NCBI GenBank assembly: GCA_963736745.1 | Contig: CAVTQD010000057.1 | Location: forward strand, 52,678 to 116,677 | DNA: 64,000 bases | DNA from: an uncultured Verrucomicrobiae bacterium | GTDB taxonomy: Bacteria; Verrucomicrobiota; Verrucomicrobiia; Chthoniobacterales; JAFAMB01 | Direction: 5' to 3' | Shown: piece by piece, positions 49,587 to 59,575 of the stretch | How the letters are laid out: every line of letters begins with the position of its first letter | How positions within the stretch are numbered: position 1 is the stretch's first letter | The notes under the pieces: model-generated | Told to the model about the DNA's origin: nothing | Database searches by the model: none | Seen by the model: only the letters and a program-made list of their open reading frames with translations | Made by a program: the position numbers and the translations under genes

Positions 49587-50039
49587 TTGTGGATCGTGAG
49601 CCGAAAAACCCGTACGTTTCGCCTGCGGCTTCTAGAGGGCCAGATTGGTGAGGTTGCCTACCAGATCACTAAGGTCCATTTCTCAAATTTTCATGATTCC
49701 AGCGTTCAGTGGCGTCCTCCCATCAACGTCTTCCATTGCGCTTCCTGTTTTCGTATCTGCGTTGAATTGGCCGGCGTCGAATCCGACCAAATTGAAGTTG
49801 AAGTCGGGTTGGGCCGGTTATGGATCCGCGGATACCGGGAAGCGCCTGAACCCCTGCGGCAACTGGAGATGCCCCTTTCGACAACCCGAAAGCCGGTGCG
49901 AGTTGTTACCATGGAGATCGACCACGGCCGGTTCGAGCGCGAGGTGGATATCCCTCCTGATTATGATCAAGGAAGAATCACGACCGAGTGGGAAAACGGA
50001 CTTTTGTGGATATTCTTACCTCGAATTGCTCACGCCTGA
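49587..50039 (+). CDS. Hsp20/alpha-crystallin family small heat-shock protein
   Basis: 150 aa. The alpha-crystallin domain runs from WRPPINVFH... to GLLWIFLPR. The start is non-ATG (TTG 49587 or GTG 49596) and is uncertain. Confidence 0.78.
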   Translation: MWIVSRKTRTFRLRLLEGQIGEVAYQITKVHFSNFHDSSVQWRPPINVFHCASCFRICVELAGVESDQIEVEVGLGRLWIRGYREAPEPLRQLEMPLSTTRKPVRVVTMEIDHGRFEREVDIPPDYDQGRITTEWENGLLWIFLPRIAHA

Positions 50040-50107
50040 GTCGCAGCCTCTTTGTGTCCACCCGGTAGGAATAGGTTATATGTATCTCTCCCTTCACTTA
50101 ACATCCC

Positions 50108-52587
50108 ATGAGCTCAGAGCAGCAAGAGCACCAAAATCCACCAGACGTCGTTAGGGGCAAAGCACCTGAAAATAACGCCGATCTCGGTCAAGCACCTGAA
50201 ACAACCCGCTCGACCGGTGCAGGAGCGGATGCGGACAGCCATCAGAACGAAGCCAGTGAGACGCTAGCGATTTTGCCGGTCCGCGGGATCGTTATGTTTC
50301 CCGGAATGGTTGTGCCGCTCACAATCGGACGCCCCACCGCGATTAAGCTTGTCGATTCCGAATTGCCGGAAAACAAGCAACTTGGATTGGTGACTCAGCG
50401 AGACGAACAGCTAGACCGGCCCCAACCTTCCGATCTCTTTCAGATAGGTGTGTCGGCTCAAGTCCTCAAGCTGATTCGCCAACCGGACGGTGTGATCATC
50501 TTGATCGTCCAGGTTCTCAGACGCATCGCGCTGGAATCCTTCGTCCAAACGGAGCCCTACCTCCGCGCCATCGTACGGCCAGTCAAGACGGTCGCTGCCG
50601 GAAAGGGATGACGCCCAGCTGCAAGCTTCCTTTAATAATCTGCGACGAGGCGCTCTCCGTTTGTTGGAACTTTCACCCGAAATACCAGATCAGGCCCGAT
50701 CCGCGCTGATCGGTGTCGAGGATCCGGAGCAGCTGACCGATCTGTTAGCCGGCAATCTCGGAATTGACCTGGCTACCAAACAACGGATTCTCGAAGAGAC
50801 CGATTTGTTGCGCCGGATGCTCGCCGCACAAGAAGCGCTTCAACGCCAACTCGAGATCGCAGAGTTGCAGCAAAAACTGCGCAAAGACGTCGAGGGCCAT
50901 TTTTCCGATTCGCAGCGTCGCGCTTACCTTCGTGAACAACTCCGTGCAATCCAGCGGGAACTCGGCGAAGAGGAAGCGGACGGAGAAGAGCAGGCGGACC
51001 AACTGCGCAAAAAGCTTCAGGATGCCGGGGCAAGCGAAGCCGTCCTGGCTGCTGCAGAAAAGGAGTTGAAGCGTTTGAGCCATATTCCAAGCGCAAGTCC
51101 GGAATACTCCGTGATCATTTCATACGTTGAGATGTTGGCGGATCTGCCGTGGAGTAAGTCAACCGAGGATAATACCGACCTCGAACGAGCCCAGGCAATC
51201 CTCGACCGCGACCACTACGGTCTGGAAAAGGTTAAACGCCGCATCGTGGAATTCCTTGCGGTGCGAAAATTGAATCCAGGCGGACGGAGCCCGATCCTTT
51301 GTTTTCTCGGACCCCCAGGGGTTGGAAAAACAAGTCTCGGCCAGTCTATCGCGGATGCGCTTGGCAGAAAATTTACGCGCATATCCCTCGGAGGGATTCG
51401 TGACGAAGCGGAAATCCGGGGTCATCGTCAGAACCTATATTGGTGCAATGCCGGGGCGCATCATTCAGGAGATTCGCAGACTCGGTGTTCGCAATCCTGT
51501 AATGATGCTGGACGAGGTCGACAAGGTCGGATCCGATATCCGCGGAGATCCGGCCAGCGCACTGCTGGAAGTGCTTGATCCGCGGCAGAATAACACCTTC
51601 GTGGACCGCTACCTGGATGTTCCGTTTGATTTGAGCCAGGTGATTTTCATTGGAACAGCCAACTACATGGAAGGTGTTCCATCCCCGCTGCGCGACAGAC
51701 TGGAAACGATTTCGGTGGCCGGCTATACCGAGATGGAAAAGCTGAACATCGCTCAGCGATACCTGGTTCCGAGACAAATCGAAGAGCATGGGTTGCGGCC
51801 TGAGCAATGCAGATTCGAAGAAGATGCGATCAAGGCAATCATCCAGGAATACACGTACGAGGCTGGAGTTCGCGACCTGGAACGGAAAATTGCCGCCGTT
51901 TGTCGAAGCATCGCTGCAGAAATTGCGCGCGGCATCCAAGCCGACGTCACTGTTTCCGCGAATCTGGTCCGGGGAATTCTTGGAAATTCCGCTCGTAGCG
52001 AGCATGAGCAACGTTTGCCCCGAAGCCTCATTGGCGTGGTGACCGGCTTGGCCTATACGCCGACAGGAGGCGATATCCTGTTCGTCGAAGCAACGAAATA
52101 CCCAGGCAAAGGCGGATTTTTATTGACCGGACAAGTTGGAGACGTGATGCGGGAATCAATGCAAGCCGCATATAGCCTGGTCCGAGCTCGCGCCAAGGAT
52201 CTCGGGATCAATTCTGAAATGTTTGCCCAAAATGATGTCCATATTCATGTGCCTAGTGGCGCGATCCAGAAAGATGGTCCCAGTGCTGGTGTCGCAATCG
52301 CGACCGCGCTCGCCAGCCTTTTCAGTGATTGCCCGGTCCGTAACGACGTGGCTATGACCGGCGAGATCACGCTACGCGGGGTCGTACTCCCAATTGGCGG
52401 TCTCAAGGAAAAGAGCCTGGCAGCTTTGCGCGCAGGAATAGCGGAAATCCTGATTCCGAAGGGCAATGTCAAAGATCTCGACGATATCCCTCTCGAAGCA
52501 AAAGAGCGGCTTCACTTTCGGCCGGTCCAAACGATCGACGAAGTGCTCGCAATCGCTTTGGAAAAGACCACAAGTCAATCGTCCTAG
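50108..52587 (+). CDS. lon: ATP-dependent Lon protease, reading frame broken twice (+1, +1)
   Basis: ORFs 50108..50611 (LON N-domain, [16 protein letters not shown]), 50661..51578 (coiled coil, Walker [10 protein letters not shown], ...EIRGHR) and 51322..52587 ([13 protein letters not shown]..., catalytic [15 protein letters not shown]). The span is 2480 nt (3n+2). Breaks are at ~50590-50600 and ~51426-51430. Confidence 0.93.
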
Positions 52588-52591
52588 TTAG

Positions 52592-52743
52592 TCAGTTGTC
52601 AGTGTCGGTTGCCAGTTGTCAGCAGCAGAATCCGGAAATGAAGTCTGGGCCTTTCGAACACGCCAGGCTGATGCCATGCATGACGACGAAGGCTCGCACA
52701 TTGCCTTCTCCACTGACAACTGCCAACCGACACTGACAACTGA
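52592..52743. repeat. 152-bp palindromic element: 31-bp arms made of degenerate TGACAAC/GTTGTCA heptamers, 90-nt spacer
   Basis: Arms 52592-52622 (tcagttgtcagtgtcggttgccagttgtcag) and 52713-52743 pair at 30/31 positions (C:C mismatch 52612/52723). The element starts 5 nt after the lon stop and ends 20 nt before the convergent DUF3096 stop. Confidence 0.8.
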
Positions 52744-52763
52744 TCCGAATCGGTGCGCGGGTC

Positions 52764-52895
52764 TTATCTGTGCATTAAGCCCAGAAGGCCAACGACAATC
52801 AGATCGATTGCCACGATGAAGTTCAGTAAACGCGGAAAAATCAGAATTAAAATTCCCGCAACCAACGAGACCAGAGGTGAAAGCGCGATAAACAT
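52764..52895 (-). CDS. DUF3096-like small membrane protein
   Basis: ORF 52764..53018 trimmed to ATG 52895 (43 aa): MFIALSPLVSLVAGILILIFPRLLNFIVAIDLIVVGLLGL. This matches my recollection of the DUF3096 pattern. Confidence 0.6.
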   Translation of the reverse strand: MFIALSPLVSLVAGILILIFPRLLNFIVAIDLIVVGLLGLMHR

Positions 52896-53036
52896 CAAAA
52901 AAGCTAGCTGGGGATTCGTTGTTTGCCACGGGGAATGATGACACCCGAAACAAATAGCCGCGGACGGCTCGCTCCAGTGGAACGAGCCCTCCAAGGCATT
53001 CATTCTTGAACCGCCCACCTGCGTCTCAACGCGGCC

Positions 53037-53756
53037 TTACGATTGGAAGGCGGAGTTGCCGGATTGCAAGCAGCAAAACGAGAACGATTCAATAGATTCT
53101 CTGAAAGGCGCGCTGGCATACGCATTCATTCCCCCGAGCAAATGTTGAATGCTGTCGAAGCCATTTGCCTGGAGCCAACTTGCCGCCGCGACACTCTGGT
53201 ATCCGTCCTGGCAGACCACTACGAGTGGATTGGAAAAAGAGAGCTCTGAAACGCGCTCTGCAAGTTGCACAAGCGGGATGTTCATGGAACCGCAGATGCC
53301 GTTCGATTTCCATTCGCCGGTCGACCTGACGTCAAGAATCGCAGGTTTACCTCCCCGGGACAGCGTCGAATGCAGGTCAGCGACGCTCAATTGGGTAAGC
53401 CGATGCAGTACCGTGAGATCGCCGGCTTCGACAAATCCAAGAACGTTATCGAATCCCACACGTGCCAGATCAGCTTGAGCCCCACTTGCTTCCTCCGGGT
53501 TATCCACAATCAGTAAAATCCGGCTCTGTTTGGGCAATAACGTACCGACGCAGGCAGCAAACATGCGATTGGCCAGCCCAACGCTTAAACTGCCCGGAAA
53601 ATGCCCTTCCGCAAACTGTGTTCCAACCCGTACGTCGACGACTGCGGCTCCGGAAGCAGATCTTATTTTCAGTTCGTCTTCAGTAATCCTCACGGGCTTC
53701 GAAGACTCGTGAGCCAACCCCTTCAGGTGAAATCGTTTCAAAAACATCTTGGCCAT
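53037..53756 (-). CDS. Tandem rhodanese-domain sulfurtransferase
   Basis: ORF 53037..53819 trimmed to ATG 53756. The first domain is inactive-type (LLIVDNPEEAS). The second has the active-site loop VVVCQDGYQS. Confidence 0.78.
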   Translation of the reverse strand: MAKMFLKRFHLKGLAHESSKPVRITEDELKIRSASGAAVVDVRVGTQFAEGHFPGSLSVGLANRMFAACVGTLLPKQSRILLIVDNPEEASGAQADLARVGFDNVLGFVEAGDLTVLHRLTQLSVADLHSTLSRGGKPAILDVRSTGEWKSNGICGSMNIPLVQLAERVSELSFSNPLVVVCQDGYQSVAAASWLQANGFDSIQHLLGGMNAYASAPFRESIESFSFCCLQSGNSAFQS

Positions 53757-53965
53757 TCTCCTTTGTTCCGCCTCAGCTGTACCACGGTTCTGCGAGCTTG
53801 ACCACCAACTGCGACTCATCCGTTCGGGTAGGGTCCGGCAGAGCCAGCCAGCCGGATCGGCTAATCTGCGCTGCAGTTAAGCGTGGCAATCGTTCTGTGC
53901 TCACAATTTGTTCTCGTTTGTTTTCAAGAACTTGACTCCTTCTATCGCAGGTAAAGATTCTTTTT

Positions 53966-54955
53966 ATGCTAACTGTACCAAAAAGAAAATTGGGAGAGCT
54001 CACCGTCTTTCCGCTTGGGCTTGGCTGTATGGGAATGTCGGCGTTTTACGGAGGTCGCGATGAAAATCAGTCGCTGGCAACGCTTGAGCGCTCAATTGAA
54101 CTCGGAATTGATTTCTTTGATACGGCTGACATGTACGGCTTTGGAGCCAACGAAGAGTTAGTAGGTAAAGCTCTGAAACCGGTTCGCAACCGGGTCGTCA
54201 TTGCTACGAAATTTGGGAATACTTGGAACAGCAGAAATGAGAGAACCGGAGTCAGCAACGATCCGCGGTACATCAAGGAAGCTTGCGACAGCAGCCTGCA
54301 GCGACTCGGTGTTGACGTCATCGACCTCTATTATATGCATCGGCGAGCAATCGATGTGCCCGTGGAGGATTCCGTTGGAGCGATGAAAGAACTCGTTTTG
54401 GCAGGCAAGATTCGTTTTCTGGGTCTTTCCGAAGTCTCCATTGAAACCCTGAGAAAAGCTCACGCAGTTCATCCCATCGCGGCCCTGCAGACGGAATACT
54501 CGCTGTTCAGCCGGGAAGTCGAAGCTGACGTCCTGCCGGAATGCCGTAAGCTTGGCATCGGTTTCGTGCCGTATAGCCCCCTGGGCCGTGGCGTGCTCAC
54601 GTCGGGCCTCCGCAACTTGGATCAATTGGATGCAGATGATTGGCGACGGAGCATTCCTCGGTTCCAGGAAGCGAATTTTGCCAGAAACCGTGAAATCGTT
54701 AAGAAACTGGATGATTTCGCTCGTGCCAAGGGATGCACAACGACTCAGCTCGCCCTGGCCTGGGTACTCGCTGCGGGCGATGATGTCGTTCCGATTCCCG
54801 GGACGAAAAAGGTTCGATACCTTGAAGAAAATTTCGGTTCGCTCAAGATCCAGCTCACGGCCGAAGAACATTCCCAATTGAGCGCCTTGTCCCCGCCCGG
54901 GTCCGTCGCCGGTGAGCGTTATCTGGCCGAGGGCATGTCTCTTGTTAATCGTTAG
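53966..54955 (+). CDS. Aldo/keto reductase
   Basis: 329 aa with [17 protein letters not shown], the LYYMHR region and full AKR (Tas/YghZ-like) layout. Confidence 0.92.
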   Translation: MLTVPKRKLGELTVFPLGLGCMGMSAFYGGRDENQSLATLERSIELGIDFFDTADMYGFGANEELVGKALKPVRNRVVIATKFGNTWNSRNERTGVSNDPRYIKEACDSSLQRLGVDVIDLYYMHRRAIDVPVEDSVGAMKELVLAGKIRFLGLSEVSIETLRKAHAVHPIAALQTEYSLFSREVEADVLPECRKLGIGFVPYSPLGRGVLTSGLRNLDQLDADDWRRSIPRFQEANFARNREIVKKLDDFARAKGCTTTQLALAWVLAAGDDVVPIPGTKKVRYLEENFGSLKIQLTAEEHSQLSALSPPGSVAGERYLAEGMSLVNR

Positions 54956-55070
54956 TGCCTGCCCCCGAAACAGTATATATTTTGTTGTGATCAAAATGGG
55001 CCGTCGGCTGGCCGGCGCATCGGCGTCTCGACGAAGTTGATGACGCGTTGCAAACGCCGAAACGTTCGCC

Positions 55071-55415
55071 CTACGGCTCCAGCCTCACAACCAGCGTCGG
55101 TTCCCGAAAGGCCGCCACACGGCCAGTCGTGTCAAACTCCAGCTGTACCGAGTCGCGCACCGGTTGGGGCGCCTCCGCCGCGTGTTTTATCAAGGCGGAT
55201 ATCACCCAGTCGGAGCAACCGGCCTGCTTAACCCACCAATCAAACTCAAGGCGATAAGGAACAAGTCGATGCTCGATCCACCGTAGGCTCGCTTTTCTCA
55301 CCTCCTGGCGCCACTGCTCGACTGTGCGCTGCATGAAATGTGACGGATCTCGCGTGCATTCCCAGTAGTCGACCCATTCAAATACTTCGGCCGACGCGGA
55401 AATCTGGTCTGCCAT
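55071..55415 (-). pseudogene. C-terminal remnant of a class-I SAM methyltransferase (no SAM-binding domain)
   Basis: The frame of ORF 55071..55664 encodes ...HGRFVMADQ...WECTRDPSHFMQRTVEQWRQEV...LEFDWWVKQAG...PVRDSVQLEFDTTGRVAAF..LVV. This resembles only the post-motif C-terminal half of Methyltransf_11-type enzymes. The upstream part of the frame overlaps the well-conserved 3' end of the neighbouring phosphoesterase gene. Confidence 0.45.
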
Positions 55416-55470
55416 GACAAATCGACCGTGAGGAAAACAGGCGACGAATTCGGTGTTAACCCCCTTAGCA

Positions 55471-55986
55471 TCAAGAAAATCTCTCGTCGAGACGAAAGAG
55501 TTCGACAATAAACTCTCGCTCTTTACAAGCCACCTTCGCGAACGAGACCGGCAAGCTAAATCGCCTGGGACCAATGCTCCCAGGGTTAACGTAAAGAACG
55601 CCACGTCGGCGATCGATTTTGGGTTGGTGCGAGTGGCCTGAAACCACCATCGCGACACCGGCAACCGCAGGATCGAGGTCCAGCTGACTCAGATCGTGAA
55701 GGATGTAAACCAGTTGCTCGTTCACGGAAATCAGTTCTGTCGGAGGCAGGCAGTCAAGCTCATCGTCAACGTTTCCGCGGACGGCGACGACAGGTGCAAT
55801 CGTTTCCAGGCGTTGCAGCAGGCTGCGGGGCCCGACGTCTCCGGCATGAACGATAAGGTCAGACCGCTTCAGCGCTTCGGTCACCGAATCACGCAAGAGC
55901 CCGTGAGTATCGGAAACAAGTGCTAGAGTTTTTATCGAGTCGAACTGCCGGAGCGAGCCGGCATCAATGTGAGCAATTTTGGCCAT
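55471..55986 (-). CDS. YfcE/MJ0936-family metallophosphoesterase
   Basis: ORF 55471..56016 trimmed to ATG 55986. Motifs are VSDTHG, VHAGD, RGNVD, SGHSH and NPGSIG. Confidence 0.85.
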   Translation of the reverse strand: MAKIAHIDAGSLRQFDSIKTLALVSDTHGLLRDSVTEALKRSDLIVHAGDVGPRSLLQRLETIAPVVAVRGNVDDELDCLPPTELISVNEQLVYILHDLSQLDLDPAVAGVAMVVSGHSHQPKIDRRRGVLYVNPGSIGPRRFSLPVSFAKVACKEREFIVELFRLDERFS

Positions 55987-56043
55987 ACCCTCAATCCGGC
56001 ACGCCGGCCCAATCATCCGAGCGGGTCGTACATCGAGTTCGCC

Positions 56044-56811
<768 letters not shown>

Positions 56812-56843
56812 TCACGATTTAGTTGTACACACCTTAGCGAACG

Positions 56844-57887
56844 ATGAACCTCGAAGCCAGGAGTCCCAGCAAGTTATCGTTCAGCACATCGCCGCGCTCT
56901 GCGGTTGCATCTTGGATCCTCGCGGCCATTGCTTTGTTCCTGGTGCTTAAACTGCATTTGCTCTCGGCTTTGCTGGCTGGCCTTCTGACGCATGAACTGG
57001 TTCGTCTGCTGGCTCCTCTGGTTGAAAAACGGCTGACCAGCAAGGCCGCTCGTCTGGTTGCATTGGCTGCGCTATCGATCCTCACAGTCGCTCTTCTCAT
57101 TTTGTTAACTTTCGGAATATTCGCTTTCTTCAAGAGCGATACAGGAAATCGACAGTCTCTCCTTGATAAAACAGACCATATCCTAACTGACGCGCGCACC
57201 AAACTGCCACCCTGGATCGTTGAAAATTTGCCCAGTGACGTGGATACCCTGAAATCGCTTGCCGGCGGATGGGCCGACGAACATTCCAAAGAGATTCAGC
57301 ACGCCGGAAGGGAAGTCATCCATTTCTTCGTCCGCGGTCTGGTAGGAATGGTGATCGGGGCGCTGATTTCTTTGCATGAAGATGGTCCGGCAGACCGCCA
57401 AATGCGCCCCTTCGCCGCAGCTCTCACCTTGCGCGTGTCCCGGTTCGCCCATTCTTTCCGGCAAATAATCTTCGCCCAAGTGAAAATCTCCGTTCTTAAC
57501 ACCATTTTCACTGGCGTATTTCTGGTAGGAATTCTCCCCGCCTTCGGGATTCATCTGCCTCTGACAAAGACGCTTATCGCCTTCACTTTCCTCGCGGGCC
57601 TGCTTCCGGTGATAGGCAATCTGATTTCGAACACTCTCATCTTCATCGTGGGTCTTTCTATTTCGATTTACGTCGCAATCGCAGCCCTGACTTTCCTGGT
57701 GGTTATTCACAAGCTGGAATATTTTCTTAATGCAAGAATTGTTGGCACGCGAATTCGAGCCCGCGCCTGGGAACTCTTGCTCGCCATGATCGTCCTGGAA
57801 GTGGCATTCGGTATAGCCGGACTTATTGCTGCTCCGGTCTACTACGCATACATCAAGAACGAGCTTACGGATGCAGGTCTGATTTAG
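56844..57887 (+). CDS. AI-2E family transporter (PerM/UPF0118)
   Basis: 347 aa with ~8 TM segments. The layout and C-terminal region (LEYFLNARIVG...) resemble the AI-2E family. Confidence 0.8.
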   Translation: MNLEARSPSKLSFSTSPRSAVASWILAAIALFLVLKLHLLSALLAGLLTHELVRLLAPLVEKRLTSKAARLVALAALSILTVALLILLTFGIFAFFKSDTGNRQSLLDKTDHILTDARTKLPPWIVENLPSDVDTLKSLAGGWADEHSKEIQHAGREVIHFFVRGLVGMVIGALISLHEDGPADRQMRPFAAALTLRVSRFAHSFRQIIFAQVKISVLNTIFTGVFLVGILPAFGIHLPLTKTLIAFTFLAGLLPVIGNLISNTLIFIVGLSISIYVAIAALTFLVVIHKLEYFLNARIVGTRIRARAWELLLAMIVLEVAFGIAGLIAAPVYYAYIKNELTDAGLI

Positions 57888-58009
57888 GGCGGTCGCATGC
57901 TGCGTCGCTCAAAACAGACCCCTTCGTCCTCTGCGGGGGGAAACGATAGATTTTCGCGGCGAAGCGGGCGTCACTCGCCGTTATCGGTCCTGCCCGCCCT
58001 TCCACCCGG

Positions 58010-58198
58010 TTAATGGCTGAATCTGTCAATGCTGTACTGCATGAGATGCACCTGTCCCGAAAGCCAGATCATCAACGAAAGGTAGATCACCAGCAATACG
58101 GCCGCCATTCCGAAGCCTGCTGCCGGCACCGCTAAATGTTCCCGATAGAACTTCTTAAATTCATCTTTATTCATGAGATCACAATCATGCTGCCTCAA
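58010..58198 (-). CDS. Hypothetical small membrane protein
   Basis: 62-aa ORF (or 54 aa from MNKDEF at 58174) with one clear TM helix (AAGFGMAAVLLVIYLSLMIWL). I recognise no family. Coding status is unverified. Confidence 0.35.
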   Translation of the reverse strand: MRQHDCDLMNKDEFKKFYREHLAVPAAGFGMAAVLLVIYLSLMIWLSGQVHLMQYSIDRFSH

Positions 58199-58314
58199 AC
58201 GCGATTGTTCGGCCCTCTGGGGAACAATGGCGAATTTTCGGTATCGTCAAGTTCCCGGAAGATATAGTCAACCATCGAATCGGATTGCCTTCAGTCATCT
58301 AAACAAAAAAGACT

Positions 58315-58548
58315 TTGAACAGAAGGTAGCAAAGGAAACGAAGGTATAGATATCGAGTCCGAGTTGAGCTTCGGCAGCGGCTTCTGCGACGATCGAACCT
58401 TTGGTTTCTCGGCTTTTTTCAGTCCTGTCGTCAAGGACCATGCCGGTCGAACGTCACCCCCGCAAAGGGCAGTTTGTTGAATTACCGCGGACAGACCCGA
58501 AAGCCCAATCATGATCCCGCTTCGTTTCCTATGCTACCTTCTGTTCAA
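58315..58548. repeat. 234-bp palindromic element: 29-bp arms, 176-nt spacer
   Basis: Arms 58315-58343 (ttgaacagaaggtagcaaaggaaacgaag) and 58520-58548 pair at 28/29 positions (A:A mismatch 58332/58531). It lies in the divergent region between the small ORF and the CPBP protease gene. Confidence 0.8.
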
Positions 58549-58638
58549 TGTCCTCTTCTTTTCACTTCTCTTTCCTCCTTGTGTGTCTGGTATTGTTCCC
58601 TGCCCATCCACTTGGAAACACTCCCGGAGGGCCTTGCT

Positions 58639-59565
58639 ATGAGCCTCGAAGCGGCAGATTCAAAATCGATTGACGCAAAAGCAATTTGTCTATTTTACGG
58701 TGTCGCCTTCGCATTGGGCTTGTCTATCTCTTTACCGCTTTGGGAAAGCGGTCAGGGATTACTCCTGCCAACGGCGCGCATCCTTCTAACCGCAACGATG
58801 TTTGCGCCGGCAGTCGGCGTGCTGGCAGTCAGGCTTTTCTTGCCAAAATCCATTGTACCAATGGTACAGACCACGGGACTTGGAATCGGCCGCTGGCCGC
58901 AGAGTCTCGGATACTGGCTTTTTGGTTGGTTTGGCCTGACCATGATCGGCCTGGCAACGCCCTTTATCGGAGCGCTCCTGGGAATGTTCCATCTCGACCT
59001 TGGAACTTATTCCGGGTATCACCACCTCTTGTTGCAACGCCCCGGCGGCGACGCAGCGTTGGCGCGATTTCCTGTACAAACGTTGGCTCTCTTCCAGTTG
59101 GCATCCCTCCTTATTGCGCCTGGAATAAATGCAATATTCGCGTTTGGCGAAGAATGGGGTTGGCGCGGGTTCTTGTTGCCAAAGCTCTTGCCGTTAGGTC
59201 AATTGCCGGCGTTGCTGTTGACCGGAGTCTTGTGGGGACTCTGGCATTCGCCGGTCATTTTACTTGGGGACGATTATCCATTTCATCCGAAGTTCGGTAT
59301 TGTTTTGATGACCATTTTCTGCGTGATCTTCGGCGTTCTCCTCGGATGGCTGCGCTTGGCTACCGGAAGTATCTGGCCGGCCGCGATCGGGCACGGCGCC
59401 CTCAATGCCGTCGGTGGTTTTCCGTACGTCGTGGCGGATGTGGACCAGACGATCGATACCGCGCATGTCACGATTCTCGGTTGGACAGGCTGGATATTGC
59501 CTCTGTTGGTAATTCTTCTCCTGGTTGTCCTGAAACGCCTTCCGGTGCCTGAACCAAGATGCTGA
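58639..59565 (+). CDS. CPBP family intramembrane glutamic endopeptidase (CAAX protease-like)
   Basis: ORF 58474..59565 (TTG, which starts inside the palindrome) trimmed to ATG 58639. Motifs are FGEEWGWRGFLLP (EExxxR), LWHSP and AIGHGALNAV. Confidence 0.83.
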   Translation: MSLEAADSKSIDAKAICLFYGVAFALGLSISLPLWESGQGLLLPTARILLTATMFAPAVGVLAVRLFLPKSIVPMVQTTGLGIGRWPQSLGYWLFGWFGLTMIGLATPFIGALLGMFHLDLGTYSGYHHLLLQRPGGDAALARFPVQTLALFQLASLLIAPGINAIFAFGEEWGWRGFLLPKLLPLGQLPALLLTGVLWGLWHSPVILLGDDYPFHPKFGIVLMTIFCVIFGVLLGWLRLATGSIWPAAIGHGALNAVGGFPYVVADVDQTIDTAHVTILGWTGWILPLLVILLLVVLKRLPVPEPRC

Positions 59566-59575
59566 GGCCAAGACG

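Noticed and set aside
58686-59552. A 288-aa same-strand ORF overlapping the CPBP protease gene in another frame.
   Set aside because: The product is Arg/Pro/Gly-rich and featureless, while the co-located frame carries the CPBP motifs (EEWGWRG, HGALN). It is an alternative-frame artefact.
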